From NCBI GenBank assembly GCA_014874295.1, contig JACWAL010000003.1:1-55792 (forward strand): a DNA stretch of 55,792 bases, in the 5' to 3' direction. The position numbers and the translations under genes were made by a program. Of this stretch, positions 36,198 to 44,986 are shown piece after piece (position 1 is the first letter of the stretch; each line of letters opens with the position of its first letter). Under the pieces are notes generated by a model, which searched no databases, was not told the DNA's origin, and worked only from the letters and a program-made list of their open reading frames with translations. The stretch is from Candidatus Micrarchaeota archaeon. Its GTDB lineage: Archaea; Micrarchaeota; Micrarchaeia; Micrarchaeales; Micrarchaeaceae.

Positions 36198-37001
36198 TCA
36201 GGCCAGTGCCGCCTTTATCGCCCTCCAGCCAAAGAACGCGGATGTGGCGAGCATCACGGCGCCTACGAATTCGATTATTATGCCTGCGGTGGCAAAGCCG
36301 GACTGCTGCGTGGCGGAAGTGTGGGTGGTGAACAGCGACAGTGCGGATGATGGCTGTGCCAGCGTGTTCGCGATTGAGACCACGCTCGCCAGCGCCAGTA
36401 CTATAATGCCTGCCAGGAGCAGTATTGCAGCGGTTGAGAGCCCGCGCTGCGAGATGTCAGACGAGAGCCTCCTGTACATGCCGTACAACTTGTAACCGAA
36501 GAGGAACGAGAGCGCGGTAGCGACCAGCTCAAAGACTGCCGAGGCCTCCATATATGGCTGGATGTTCGTTATCGACGTTGCAGAGGCAAAGCTAGAGAAG
36601 ACGCCCAGTGCCGACAGCAGTACCCCAACGACCAGGATCAGCTCACCCACGAAGAGCACGACTATGTCGGATATGACGAGCCATTTCAGCCATGACGACA
36701 CGCTCGCGTAATAAGTGAAACCATTCAGCGAGCTTCTCCTGGCGTCCCTCATGCCGAACATCAGCGCGAAGACGGATAGCGCCCCAAAGACGATAGCCAC
36801 TACCAGCAGCACCGCGAAGACGAGCAGCGCGCCCGCCGCGATGGAAGAGTTTGCCGACGAGAGCAGGTTGGTCGCGGCGCCGGTCGCCATGAGCGCACCC
36901 ACGGCCGCGAACGCCACGATTATCGATATGAGCTCATAGAAGAAATACTTGCCCAGGCTCCTCAGCCCGTCGTTCTCGAACCTGTCAGGGATTGATGCCA
37001 T
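36198..37001 (-). CDS. multi-pass integral membrane protein (268 aa)
   Basis: 6-7 hydrophobic helices starting after MASIPDRFENDGLRSLGKYFFYELISIIVAF. ATG 37001 is preferred over the 37238 frame because the codon usage changes upstream of 37001 and a TTTTATTG box lies about 33 nt upstream. Confidence 0.65.
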   Translation of the reverse strand: MASIPDRFENDGLRSLGKYFFYELISIIVAFAAVGALMATGAATNLLSSANSSIAAGALLVFAVLLVVAIVFGALSVFALMFGMRDARRSSLNGFTYYASVSSWLKWLVISDIVVLFVGELILVVGVLLSALGVFSSFASATSITNIQPYMEASAVFELVATALSFLFGYKLYGMYRRLSSDISQRGLSTAAILLLAGIIVLALASVVSIANTLAQPSSALSLFTTHTSATQQSGFATAGIIIEFVGAVMLATSAFFGWRAIKAALA

Positions 37002-37039
37002 GCGAACACGCTGCAGTATCGCTGCATAACAATAAAAGC

Positions 37040-37275
37040 GTTTGCGCCTCCTGAAGCCGGGTTGTACGTAGAATACGGCCTTGACAGGTAATTTCCGAAC
37101 CCCGACAGGGCTGCCGCCATGTCGCCGCATGGGCCATCCAGCCTGCTGATTGTCATCTCCTGGAAGCAGAAGACGCCTGTGCCTGACCTTTCCCTCCAGA
37201 CGAATCTCCCCAACCCAACGCGCAGCTTGCCGTGCCACAGGCTCAGTGACATGAGCCTCATAGGTGTCCGGGCGC
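37040..37275 (-). ncRNA. candidate structured ncRNA with RNase P RNA-like CR-I/CR-III/CR-V motifs
   Basis: Read on the minus strand: GGAGGGAAAGGTCAGGCACAGG (37176..37197), GGAAATTACCTGTCAAGGCC (37077..37096) and ACGTACAACCCGGCTTCAGG (37050..37069), in the canonical order. P4-like and P1-like pairings are possible. A nested GC hairpin lies at 37105..37145. By-eye call only. Confidence 0.4.
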
Positions 37276-37584
37276 TCAGCCCTTCATCAGCGTTATCTGT
37301 ATTGCGCTGACTTTCGACTTGGTCCCGTCCTCGTTGAGCAGTTCCTCGCTCGAGGTCCTTATCGACTTCTCCTTTAGGTTCGGGAGGAACCTGTTCATCA
37401 CTATCTCCTTCACGTCCACAGCCCTCGAGATCGCGTTGCCCCTGGCCTTTATCGTGACCTCGCTCATGCCATTGTTGAACTGCGTGACGACGGCGAGCAC
37501 GTAATTCATCGGCGGCTTCTTGCCTATGTAGACGATGTTTTCCGCCTTGCCCGCCGCTGTGGTTGTTTGTATCTCTTCTGGCAT
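37276..37584 (-). CDS. albA: DNA/RNA-binding protein Alba
   Basis: [21 protein letters not shown]...[20 protein letters not shown] matches the Alba core. AGGTGA SD 6 nt upstream. Confidence 0.92.
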   Translation of the reverse strand: MPEEIQTTTAAGKAENIVYIGKKPPMNYVLAVVTQFNNGMSEVTIKARGNAISRAVDVKEIVMNRFLPNLKEKSIRTSSEELLNEDGTKSKVSAIQITLMKG

Positions 37585-37776
37585 GTTCTCACCTGGATAG
37601 ATGATAGGCCGTCGCAGGTATTTAGCACTTTCGCGGTTTGTGTTTTCTCGACGTGCTCCTTGCGACGCGGAAAGACAATGTTAGAAAGTTCCACTAACCG
37701 CTTTACGTCAGTAAACTATAGCTAAGTATAAATATCTCCCAAGAAGGAAGAGTATTGGAGGTGAGAAGGGAAGCCG

Positions 37777-38055
37777 GTGGGGGGAATGTATGGAATATAC
37801 AGAACGAAACGCGACGGGTTGGAAAGCCTGAGAAAAAGAGCACTCGAAGTGCTCAACAAGACCGACCTAGGCAGCGTGTACGACGCCGCGGAGATGAGCG
37901 GCAATGAGGGCAGCGTCGACATGGCCGTGAAGGTGATACTGGCCGAGAAGCTGGTGGACAGCATCGCAACGGCTAAGCGCTACGCGAAAAAGATGAAGAT
38001 GAAGGACGTCGGAGCGTCAGCGCTGCTGATCGCGGCACAAGAAAACCGGTGGTGA
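37777..38055 (+). CDS. hypothetical protein (92 aa)
   Basis: GTG start 12 nt downstream of a GGAGGTGA SD (ATG 37787 is an alternative). TATA-like AGTATAAATAT upstream. No motif recognised. Confidence 0.45.
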   Translation: MGGMYGIYRTKRDGLESLRKRALEVLNKTDLGSVYDAAEMSGNEGSVDMAVKVILAEKLVDSIATAKRYAKKMKMKDVGASALLIAAQENRW

Positions 38056-38063
38056 GAGGGAGT

Positions 38064-38090
38064 CGCGGGGCGTTTTTAATGCGCCCCGCG
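38064..38090. terminator. 9-bp GC hairpin between convergent genes
   Basis: CGCGGGGCG-TTTTTAATG-CGCCCCGCG. Lies between the stop of 37777..38055 (+) and the stop of rfcL (-). There is a T5 run in the loop. Confidence 0.5.
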
Positions 38091-38101
38091 CACCTCCAAT
38101 A

Positions 38102-39334
38102 TCATAATGCTTGCGGACCCGCAAGCATCTTCACGTCGTTCCTGTCCAGGCCGTATGTTGCCTCGAGGAATTCAGCGGCTCCCTCGTCGCCCCCTTTCTT
38201 CGCCGCGGCCATCATCGACGATATGAGTGGCAGCACGGTTGCGCGTATCTCACGAAGGTTTGCGTGCACCTTGCCCTGGAGCTTCTCGGCTATCTCCAGC
38301 TCTGATGCCTTCCTCTCCTTTGCGCGGCTGAGGTCGCTGACCAGCCTCGGGAAGCTGTACCTCTCACGGCTGTCCGGATAGTCGGTCTTGGCTAGCGCCA
38401 CTCCAGAAGAGAGCATCGCGTTCATGTACCTCCACAGGCCGTATTGCTGCGAGACGTTCGCCCTAGAGGAGTAGATCGTCGCGTCCGACAGGCTTGCGAA
38501 TGCCTCCCGCATGTCCTCTAGCTTCCTGTACCTCCTCGCGATATTCTCCTCTATCCACCGCATCAGCATGTCCTTGTCAACGTCGCAGCTCGCCGCGGCC
38601 CCGAGTGGCGCGACGAGCGTGTTCGAGTAGAATATGCGGTCGAGCGTCTCGAAGACATCGCGCTTCACGTCGCGCTGCCCTATCGAGTGCATTATCTCCT
38701 CCCTGTCTCCACCGCCAACGAACGCGAACAGGTCGTTGAGCGCGCTCCGCACGTCCCCATTGGCCCTCCTCGCTATCGCGGTTAGCGTGTCCCTGTCAAC
38801 ATCTATGCCGTTCGCTGCTGCCGCCCTCTCCAGCAGCGACGCGATCGATACCATATCGACCTTCTTGAACTCTATCTTGTCTACGGCATTCCTGAGGAAC
38901 GAGATCCTTCTGTCCCAGTAATCGTTCGCCACGAAAATCACAGGGTTCCTCGCCGCATTCATCAGCTTCGCCAGCGAGGCAGCCGCGCCAGTGTCGAACC
39001 TTGAGGCCAGCTCGTCTATCTCATCGAGCAGTATGAGGTTCCTGTTGCCAAAGACGTTGTTCGACATGGCGGCAGGGAACAGAACCCTCTCTATCGTGTC
39101 GCTGTCCCTATATTCGCTCGCACTCAACTCCACTACCTCCCACCCGTACTCGCTGGCTAGCGCGTAAACTGCAGCGCTCTTGCCAGTCCCCGACGGTCCA
39201 TATATCATTATCGGTTTGCGCTTGTGCCCGGAGTTGACCGACTCAGCAAACAGCCTCATCGCCGCTATGGAATCCCTGTTGCCCACTACGTCGGCTAGCT
39301 TCCTCGGCTCGTAGAGCGTTGCCGGTCCTTCCAT
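38102..39334 (-). CDS. rfcL: replication factor C large subunit
   Basis: YEPRKLADVVGN, IYGPSGTGKSA (Walker A), LILLDEIDEL and NGDVRSALNDL. Confidence 0.9.
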   Translation of the reverse strand: MEGPATLYEPRKLADVVGNRDSIAAMRLFAESVNSGHKRKPIMIYGPSGTGKSAAVYALASEYGWEVVELSASEYRDSDTIERVLFPAAMSNNVFGNRNLILLDEIDELASRFDTGAAASLAKLMNAARNPVIFVANDYWDRRISFLRNAVDKIEFKKVDMVSIASLLERAAAANGIDVDRDTLTAIARRANGDVRSALNDLFAFVGGGDREEIMHSIGQRDVKRDVFETLDRIFYSNTLVAPLGAAASCDVDKDMLMRWIEENIARRYRKLEDMREAFASLSDATIYSSRANVSQQYGLWRYMNAMLSSGVALAKTDYPDSRERYSFPRLVSDLSRAKERKASELEIAEKLQGKVHANLREIRATVLPLISSMMAAAKKGGDEGAAEFLEATYGLDRNDVKMLAGPQAL

Positions 39335-39479
39335 GGCGGTCCCCCTATCGTTTTCACAGTCAACCTATAAATAGGTTTAAAAGGGAGTTAGTAGAATCCT
39401 TTAAATAGCCATCAACTTAAATCAGATTGGAGTTCATGGCGACTATCTTAACGGTGAGTAGATAACCAAGGTAAAGAGC

Positions 39480-40166
39480 ATGCCATATGCGCCTGCGCAC
39501 CTTGCCATAATACCCGACGGCAACAGGCGCTGGTCGAAAGAGAACAGGCTGAACCTGCTCAACGGCTACAATTCTGGCATTAAGAAGTTCATCGACGTTA
39601 GCGTTTGGGCAAAGGGCTTTGGGGTCAAGATGATATCCCTCTGGGCGCTCTCTACCGATAACATGAGGAGCAGGAGCAGGGCCGAGCTGTCGACGCTGTA
39701 CAACCTCTTCATCAGGGCGACGAAGGACCCCGCCATATTGAGCATGCTCAAGGAGAACGACGCGCGCGTGCGCATAGTAGGCAACACGCGTATACTTCCA
39801 AAGAGGCTGCGCACTGCGCTGAAGGGTCTGGAGCGACGCACCAGCAGATACAAGAGCTTCTTCATAAACATACTCGTGGGATACGGGGGCAGAGACGACA
39901 TAGTCTACGCGGTCAACAGGGCGTCTAGGAAGGGCGGCCGCATAACCTATGAGGACATACGCAACAGCCTGCAGAGCGCGACGCTGCCCGATGTGGATAT
40001 GATAATAAGGACGTCCGGTGAGATGAGGCTTTCCGGCCTTCTCCCGTGGCAGGGCGCGTACTCGGAGCTCTACTTCTCCAGGAAGTACTGGCCCAGCTTT
40101 AACAAGTCCGACCTCAGGAAGGCGATAGCCTCGTTCTCCGGAAGGGAAAGGCGGTTCGGAAAGTAA
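39480..40166 (+). CDS. uppS: cis-prenyltransferase (undecaprenyl diphosphate synthase family)
   Basis: HLAIIPDGNRRW, GYGGRDDIV, IRTSGEMRLSG and ERRFG. Confidence 0.93.
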   Translation: MPYAPAHLAIIPDGNRRWSKENRLNLLNGYNSGIKKFIDVSVWAKGFGVKMISLWALSTDNMRSRSRAELSTLYNLFIRATKDPAILSMLKENDARVRIVGNTRILPKRLRTALKGLERRTSRYKSFFINILVGYGGRDDIVYAVNRASRKGGRITYEDIRNSLQSATLPDVDMIIRTSGEMRLSGLLPWQGAYSELYFSRKYWPSFNKSDLRKAIASFSGRERRFGK

Positions 40167-40176
40167 TCGTGTTGAG

Positions 40177-42000
40177 ATGACAAACAGGAAGTCTGTCCTA
40201 GACTACGGCAGGTATTTCGAGAAGAAGCTGCCGGGCATCTGGGTGCTCATAGGCATACTCGTCGTGGTCTCGCTGCTGCTCAGCATGGCCTCTGTGACGA
40301 TACTGCACTCGCAGCTTCTCTACACAGATCCAAGCTACATAGCGGTCAGTGGTCTGATAGTCTGCCTGCTCATAGTCATAACCCCGACCATGCTGACGAC
40401 ACTATTCGTCAAGCTCGCCACGAAGAGGATGATGGTCAAGCACTTGCTCTTCATGTCGTTCATAGGGGGCATGGCATTCTCCGTCATACTGCTCGCGAGC
40501 AGCATTCTCTACTACTTTTTCGGTGTGACTGTTGCGGTGATAATGGTCATAGTGGGCGCGGCCAGCATATTCGGATGGTGGTTCTTCACCGAGAGGATAA
40601 TCCTCTCGAGGACGCGGAAGAGCGTCCTGCTTGCGCTGTTGCAGCCGACGCTGTTCGTGCTGTTCTATGTCGTCTCGAGCAGCTTCATATTCGCGTCTGA
40701 CGTGCCGATAAACATGCTGCTCGTGAAGCTCTACGCAGGCATATTTGTGTTCGGCCTGGTGATTTATGCGATAATGTACGTGTTCAACAACCCCGTGAAG
40801 AAGACGCTGGGATTCAACGCCTTCGACTTCTTCTCGGCAGTCATACAGGAGTGGCTGTTCGGCATAAACGCCTACAAGCCGTTCAACACGGATTATGGGA
40901 AGCCCGAGAACATACCGGTGCAGGCGATAACCTTCGGGAAGAAAGCAGAGAAGGCCGTGTTCCTCATCCCGATGCTTCACTACGGTGTCATGGGCAACAT
41001 AGGCGGCAGCAGCTTCCCCTACACGATAGAGAGGTATGGGAACGCGAAGCACAAGACAAACACTTTCGTCATGCACACAGCTGTCAACGAGGACTTCAAC
41101 CCCGTATCCGCGGGCCAGTCCGCCAAGCTTAAGAGGGCGTTGGATGAGCTAGTGGACTCAGCCAAACCCAAAAGGTGCGCGATGTCTTATTCCGTGGGCA
41201 GATATGGCGGCTCCACAGTGACCGAGCTCTCGTTCGGCAGCACATCGCTCGTCACGTTCACTAGAGCACCGAGAGTCACGGAGGACATAGCCCCCGAGTC
41301 CGCGGTGCTCTTCAGGCGCATGCTCGAGCCCGGCAGGGGCAACATAGTGCTGATAGATGCGCACAATTCAAGGTATGAGAGCGCATCGAGCGATGAGCTC
41401 GACGGCGTGAAGTTCAACTCCAGGTACATGAACGAGTACGCGGAGGCGATAAAGCGCATGAAAAGGCTGCACTCCTCCCGAACCGTAAAGCTGGGCGTAG
41501 GCTGCGTCGATCTTTATCAGACGGTGCATGGCAACAGGGACATAGCGCGTGGCAACCTCAACGTGGCACTCTTCAGGTTCAACGGCTTTTCATATGCGAT
41601 GTTACAGTTCAATGCGAACAACATGATGCCATCGCTAAGGAGGCAGATACTGGAGCACGTGCGCTCCAAGTACGGCACAGAGTGCGAGGTCTACACCACG
41701 GACACGCACGCTGTGAACTCCATCAGCATGAACGCGAGCAACGTCCTGGGCAGGCAGACCATGTTCAGCGACCTCAAGAAAAAGATAGACGAGTGCATGG
41801 GGAAGGCCTTGGCGGATGTGGACGAGGCGCCCGTGGGTTATGCCGAAACTGAGATGAAGCGGTTCATGGTCTGGGGCCGCAACTCGAGGGAGCGCATCTT
41901 CGCGGTGCTGAACTCGGTCAGCGCGCTCGCAAGGGTGATGGTGCCAACGATAATCGTGGTCGGGTTCCTCGCGGCAGCGTGGGTCGTATCCCTGATTTGA
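40177..42000 (+). CDS. large archaeal membrane protein with a C-terminal soluble domain (DUF2070-like)
   Basis: About 6 N-terminal TM helices, a ~330-aa soluble region, and a terminal TM helix. The size and architecture recall the DUF2070 family, but this assignment is from memory only. Confidence 0.5.
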   Translation: MTNRKSVLDYGRYFEKKLPGIWVLIGILVVVSLLLSMASVTILHSQLLYTDPSYIAVSGLIVCLLIVITPTMLTTLFVKLATKRMMVKHLLFMSFIGGMAFSVILLASSILYYFFGVTVAVIMVIVGAASIFGWWFFTERIILSRTRKSVLLALLQPTLFVLFYVVSSSFIFASDVPINMLLVKLYAGIFVFGLVIYAIMYVFNNPVKKTLGFNAFDFFSAVIQEWLFGINAYKPFNTDYGKPENIPVQAITFGKKAEKAVFLIPMLHYGVMGNIGGSSFPYTIERYGNAKHKTNTFVMHTAVNEDFNPVSAGQSAKLKRALDELVDSAKPKRCAMSYSVGRYGGSTVTELSFGSTSLVTFTRAPRVTEDIAPESAVLFRRMLEPGRGNIVLIDAHNSRYESASSDELDGVKFNSRYMNEYAEAIKRMKRLHSSRTVKLGVGCVDLYQTVHGNRDIARGNLNVALFRFNGFSYAMLQFNANNMMPSLRRQILEHVRSKYGTECEVYTTDTHAVNSISMNASNVLGRQTMFSDLKKKIDECMGKALADVDEAPVGYAETEMKRFMVWGRNSRERIFAVLNSVSALARVMVPTIIVVGFLAAAWVVSLI

Positions 42001-42060
42001 CGCGTGACACCGGATCGGCCTCAGGGCATACACATAAAAGCGTGTTTTGGGAAGCAGATT

Positions 42061-42981
42061 ATGGGTCGCATGATGTCAATGATGCGGCGGGCAGGGACTA
42101 CGTCGAAACCTAAGGAAAGGAGAGCACAAAGCCGAAAGACCATGAACCAGTCCGCGATGGAATACCTGATGACGTACGGCTGGGCAATCCTGATCATCGC
42201 GGTCGTACTTGGCGCCCTCTATTCATTGGGCGTCTTCAATATGTCCGCATACATGCCGAAGATAGGGCCTGGGGCCTGCCATGTCTTCCGGCCGAACGGC
42301 CCAGGCACTTCGTGGAACGTGGCACTGACAGGCAGCTGTTCAGGCTACCTCCCGCAGTACGTCACGCAGTTCAACGGGCAGAGCAGCCAAGTAGATGTGG
42401 GAAATGGAGCAACACTTAACTTCCAGAATAGCATCGCAATATCACTTTGGATTAAGACTACTTTTTCAGCCAGGATAGCGTTAGTGTCAAAGGACAACGG
42501 TGGATGTGGAGGGTCATATAACTTCTATAGTAGCACTGCGACCGCTACTACTTTTGATATTTGTGGCATGCCTTCCACAACCACATCATTAAATTTTAGG
42601 GACGGCAGTTGGCACTTTATAGTAGGAACGTATAATGGCACAAGCAAGAATCTGTACATAGACGGCGTTTTGGAAGCGAGTACACCAGCCAATGGTATCA
42701 TTCACAAGTCTATTTATGATGCCATAATAGGGAACGACGGGGGTGGCAGCTACACCAACGGCTCTATAGCCAACGTCCAAATCTACAATACTTCACTCAC
42801 GGCAAACCAAATACAATATCTCTACAACGAGGGCATCGGCGGCGCGCCGATCTACCTGCAGTACCTAGTTGGGTGGTGGCCCCTCAACGGCGACACCATT
42901 GACTACAGCGGCAACAACAATAACGGCGTGCCGACGAATGTCATATACAGCGGCACGTGGACTTCTGGGTATTACCGCTGA
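42061..42981 (+). CDS. class III signal peptide (type IV pilin-like) protein with a LamG/concanavalin-like lectin domain
   Basis: Basic leader, then QSAMEYLMTYGWAILIIAVVLGALYSLG (archaeal prepilin-type N-terminus). LamG-like ISLWIKT...SWHFIVGTYNGTSKNLYIDGV...GSIANVQIYNTSLTANQI. Start could be 42004, 42061 or 42141. Confidence 0.8.
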   Translation: MGRMMSMMRRAGTTSKPKERRAQSRKTMNQSAMEYLMTYGWAILIIAVVLGALYSLGVFNMSAYMPKIGPGACHVFRPNGPGTSWNVALTGSCSGYLPQYVTQFNGQSSQVDVGNGATLNFQNSIAISLWIKTTFSARIALVSKDNGGCGGSYNFYSSTATATTFDICGMPSTTTSLNFRDGSWHFIVGTYNGTSKNLYIDGVLEASTPANGIIHKSIYDAIIGNDGGGSYTNGSIANVQIYNTSLTANQIQYLYNEGIGGAPIYLQYLVGWWPLNGDTIDYSGNNNNGVPTNVIYSGTWTSGYYR

Positions 42982-43119
42982 TTTCCTGCTCTTCTGTGCC
43001 GCAAAACCGCATTAGTTACCGCAAACCCCAACAGCCATAAATACTTACCTTTTTACTATTACATATGGTTTTGAGCTTAGGGTGCCTGCCGCACCACTCT
43101 AGGGGCAGCCAGTGATTCA

Positions 43120-43986
43120 TTGCCTGAAGAGCAGACCTTCGTGAAAAGGCTCGCGTTCAAGTTCGTAAGGAAGAGGATAGCGGGCGCCACGCTCAACTCC
43201 GCGCTCGAAACGACGAAGGAACTCAACTCGAGGGGCATGTCGAGCACGATAACCTTTCTGAACGACCACGTGCGCGACGGCATAAAGGCGCGTTACAACC
43301 TGAACTCATATCTGCAGCTAACGAAGCAGGTGTCGAGGCTGAACCTGAAGTCTGGCATATCTGTCAGGCTGAGCCAGCTTGGCTTCAACATCTCAGAGGG
43401 CATGGCGAACAAGGGCCTCGAGGACCTCCTGTCCGTGGCGCACAAGTCCGGGGTGCACGCATGGCTAGAGCACGAGAGCGCCGTTGACACGGGAAGCTTG
43501 CTCGACGCCTACAGCTCCTACCATGAGACCTTCCCAAATACCGGCATAGAGCTGCCGCTGAGGAGCTCCCACATAGCGGAGATAGTGAGGGGCCTGCCAA
43601 GGAGGGGAAGCCTGCTGAAGCTCACGGCGCACTCCTACGGCTATTCGAAGGGCAAGGCGCGCGACCCCGTGGAGCTGTACACGTCGTATGCCAGGAAGCT
43701 CGGCAAGTCCAACAGCGTCTACATTCTCGAGAACGACGAGAAGACGCTCTACGCTGCGGCAAGCAGGGCAGGCATCCCCAAAAGTAATTTAATAGTTGAA
43801 TTGCCATTAGGCTGTAGCAGCAAGTGGCTGAAGAGGTTCGCCAAGAGGAGGCTCAGCATGGGCGTCTACGTGCCCTACGGCAAGGACTGGGTGCCTTATG
43901 CGATTAACCGTCTGACGGAGGGTCGCATAAGGAGCATCGCGATGAGCGTACTTAACGGCGAGACGAGTGGCTCATATGCCAGGTAA
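43120..43986 (+). CDS. proline dehydrogenase (PutA PRODH barrel) family protein, divergent
   Basis: RKRIAGATLNSALETTKELNSRGMSSTITFL, ISVRLSQLGFNISE and the C-terminal VYVPYGKDWVPYAINRLTEG parallel monofunctional PRODH. The mid-barrel motifs are divergent. TTG start. Confidence 0.6.
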   Translation: MPEEQTFVKRLAFKFVRKRIAGATLNSALETTKELNSRGMSSTITFLNDHVRDGIKARYNLNSYLQLTKQVSRLNLKSGISVRLSQLGFNISEGMANKGLEDLLSVAHKSGVHAWLEHESAVDTGSLLDAYSSYHETFPNTGIELPLRSSHIAEIVRGLPRRGSLLKLTAHSYGYSKGKARDPVELYTSYARKLGKSNSVYILENDEKTLYAAASRAGIPKSNLIVELPLGCSSKWLKRFAKRRLSMGVYVPYGKDWVPYAINRLTEGRIRSIAMSVLNGETSGSYAR

Positions 43987-44968
43987 GAAAACTATCGATC
44001 TCATAACGGGCGCGTCGAGCGCGCTCGGCGCAGAGCTCGCCAGTAGGCTAGTCGCCGAGGGTCACGAGGTCAGGGCAATCCTGCGCCTGAACCCCAAGAA
44101 CGTCGAGGAATGGAGGGGAATCCCAGCAGGGGTAAAGCCTTACGTGGCCGATCTGACATTGCCATCGGAGAAGGACAAAACCAACCTGAAGGAGGCGTGC
44201 GCTGGCGTCGACAACGTCTTCCACATCGCTGCTGCTGTCTACAACTACAAAAACACGGTCGACACGCTCATGCGCGTCAACGTCATGGCGACGGAGAACC
44301 TGCTCTCCTATCTTGCGAAGGCCAATCCGAAGCGCTCGATACACCTGATATTTGCGAGCTCGGTCAGCGTCTATGGTTATGGAAGGGAGGGTCTGCTCAC
44401 CGAGGACTCGCAGGTAAAGCCAAAGACGCCCTATGCGAGAAGCAAGTATATAGCTGAGCAGGTCATACAGTCGTACTGCCTCGCCAACCCAAACATCTCC
44501 TATACAACACTGCGCCTCGGTACCATTTATGGCGATGGGTATGAAAAACCGTCGTTCTGCAGGGTCTTCCGCCTGATAAGGAGGGGGGAGATGCGCTACA
44601 TAGGCAACGGAGAGAACCACCTCACGCTCATAGAGATGCATGACGCCGTAGATGCATTCGTGCTCGCGATGAAGAGGAAGGAATCGCACGGCAAGGTCTA
44701 CAACCTGACGGACGGGATGCCGCACACCCAGAAGAGGCTTTTCTCTTTGGCCGCGAAGTACATGCACGCCCAACCAATAAAGAAGTCGATGCACCCGATA
44801 CTCGCGAGGATAGCGAGACATTCGAAGAAGATAAATGCCGACGAGTTCGATTTCCTGATAAGTAACAGGGTCATAGACATAGACAGGATACGCCGCGATT
44901 TGGGCTTCTCGCCAAAGGCCAGGATAGAGAAAGAGGGTGTGGCAATGATAGACAGGTGCCACGACTGA
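43976..44968 (+). CDS. NAD-dependent epimerase/dehydratase (extended SDR)
   Basis: ITGASSALGAELASRLVAEGHEV Rossmann motif. Catalytic YARSK (YxxxK). Overlaps the upstream gene by 11 nt. Confidence 0.8.
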   Translation: MPGKKTIDLITGASSALGAELASRLVAEGHEVRAILRLNPKNVEEWRGIPAGVKPYVADLTLPSEKDKTNLKEACAGVDNVFHIAAAVYNYKNTVDTLMRVNVMATENLLSYLAKANPKRSIHLIFASSVSVYGYGREGLLTEDSQVKPKTPYARSKYIAEQVIQSYCLANPNISYTTLRLGTIYGDGYEKPSFCRVFRLIRRGEMRYIGNGENHLTLIEMHDAVDAFVLAMKRKESHGKVYNLTDGMPHTQKRLFSLAAKYMHAQPIKKSMHPILARIARHSKKINADEFDFLISNRVIDIDRIRRDLGFSPKARIEKEGVAMIDRCHD

Positions 44969-44986
44969 TTATGCTCAGTGATTTTG

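Noticed and set aside
37002-37238. 79-codon N-terminal extension of the membrane protein (ORF 36198..37238)
   Set aside because: Its codon usage (CGT/CGG/CGA, ATT, TTA, GTA) departs from the local bias. The peptide is Arg/Gly-rich. A TATA-like box sits about 33 nt upstream of the internal ATG 37001. The region is treated as non-coding RNA or promoter instead.
37002-37275. SRP (7S) RNA as an explanation for the structured gap
   Set aside because: I could not find the helix-8 signature (GGUCCGGAAGG...AGCAGC around a GNAR loop) or Alu-domain motifs on either strand. The RNase P-like motifs fit better.
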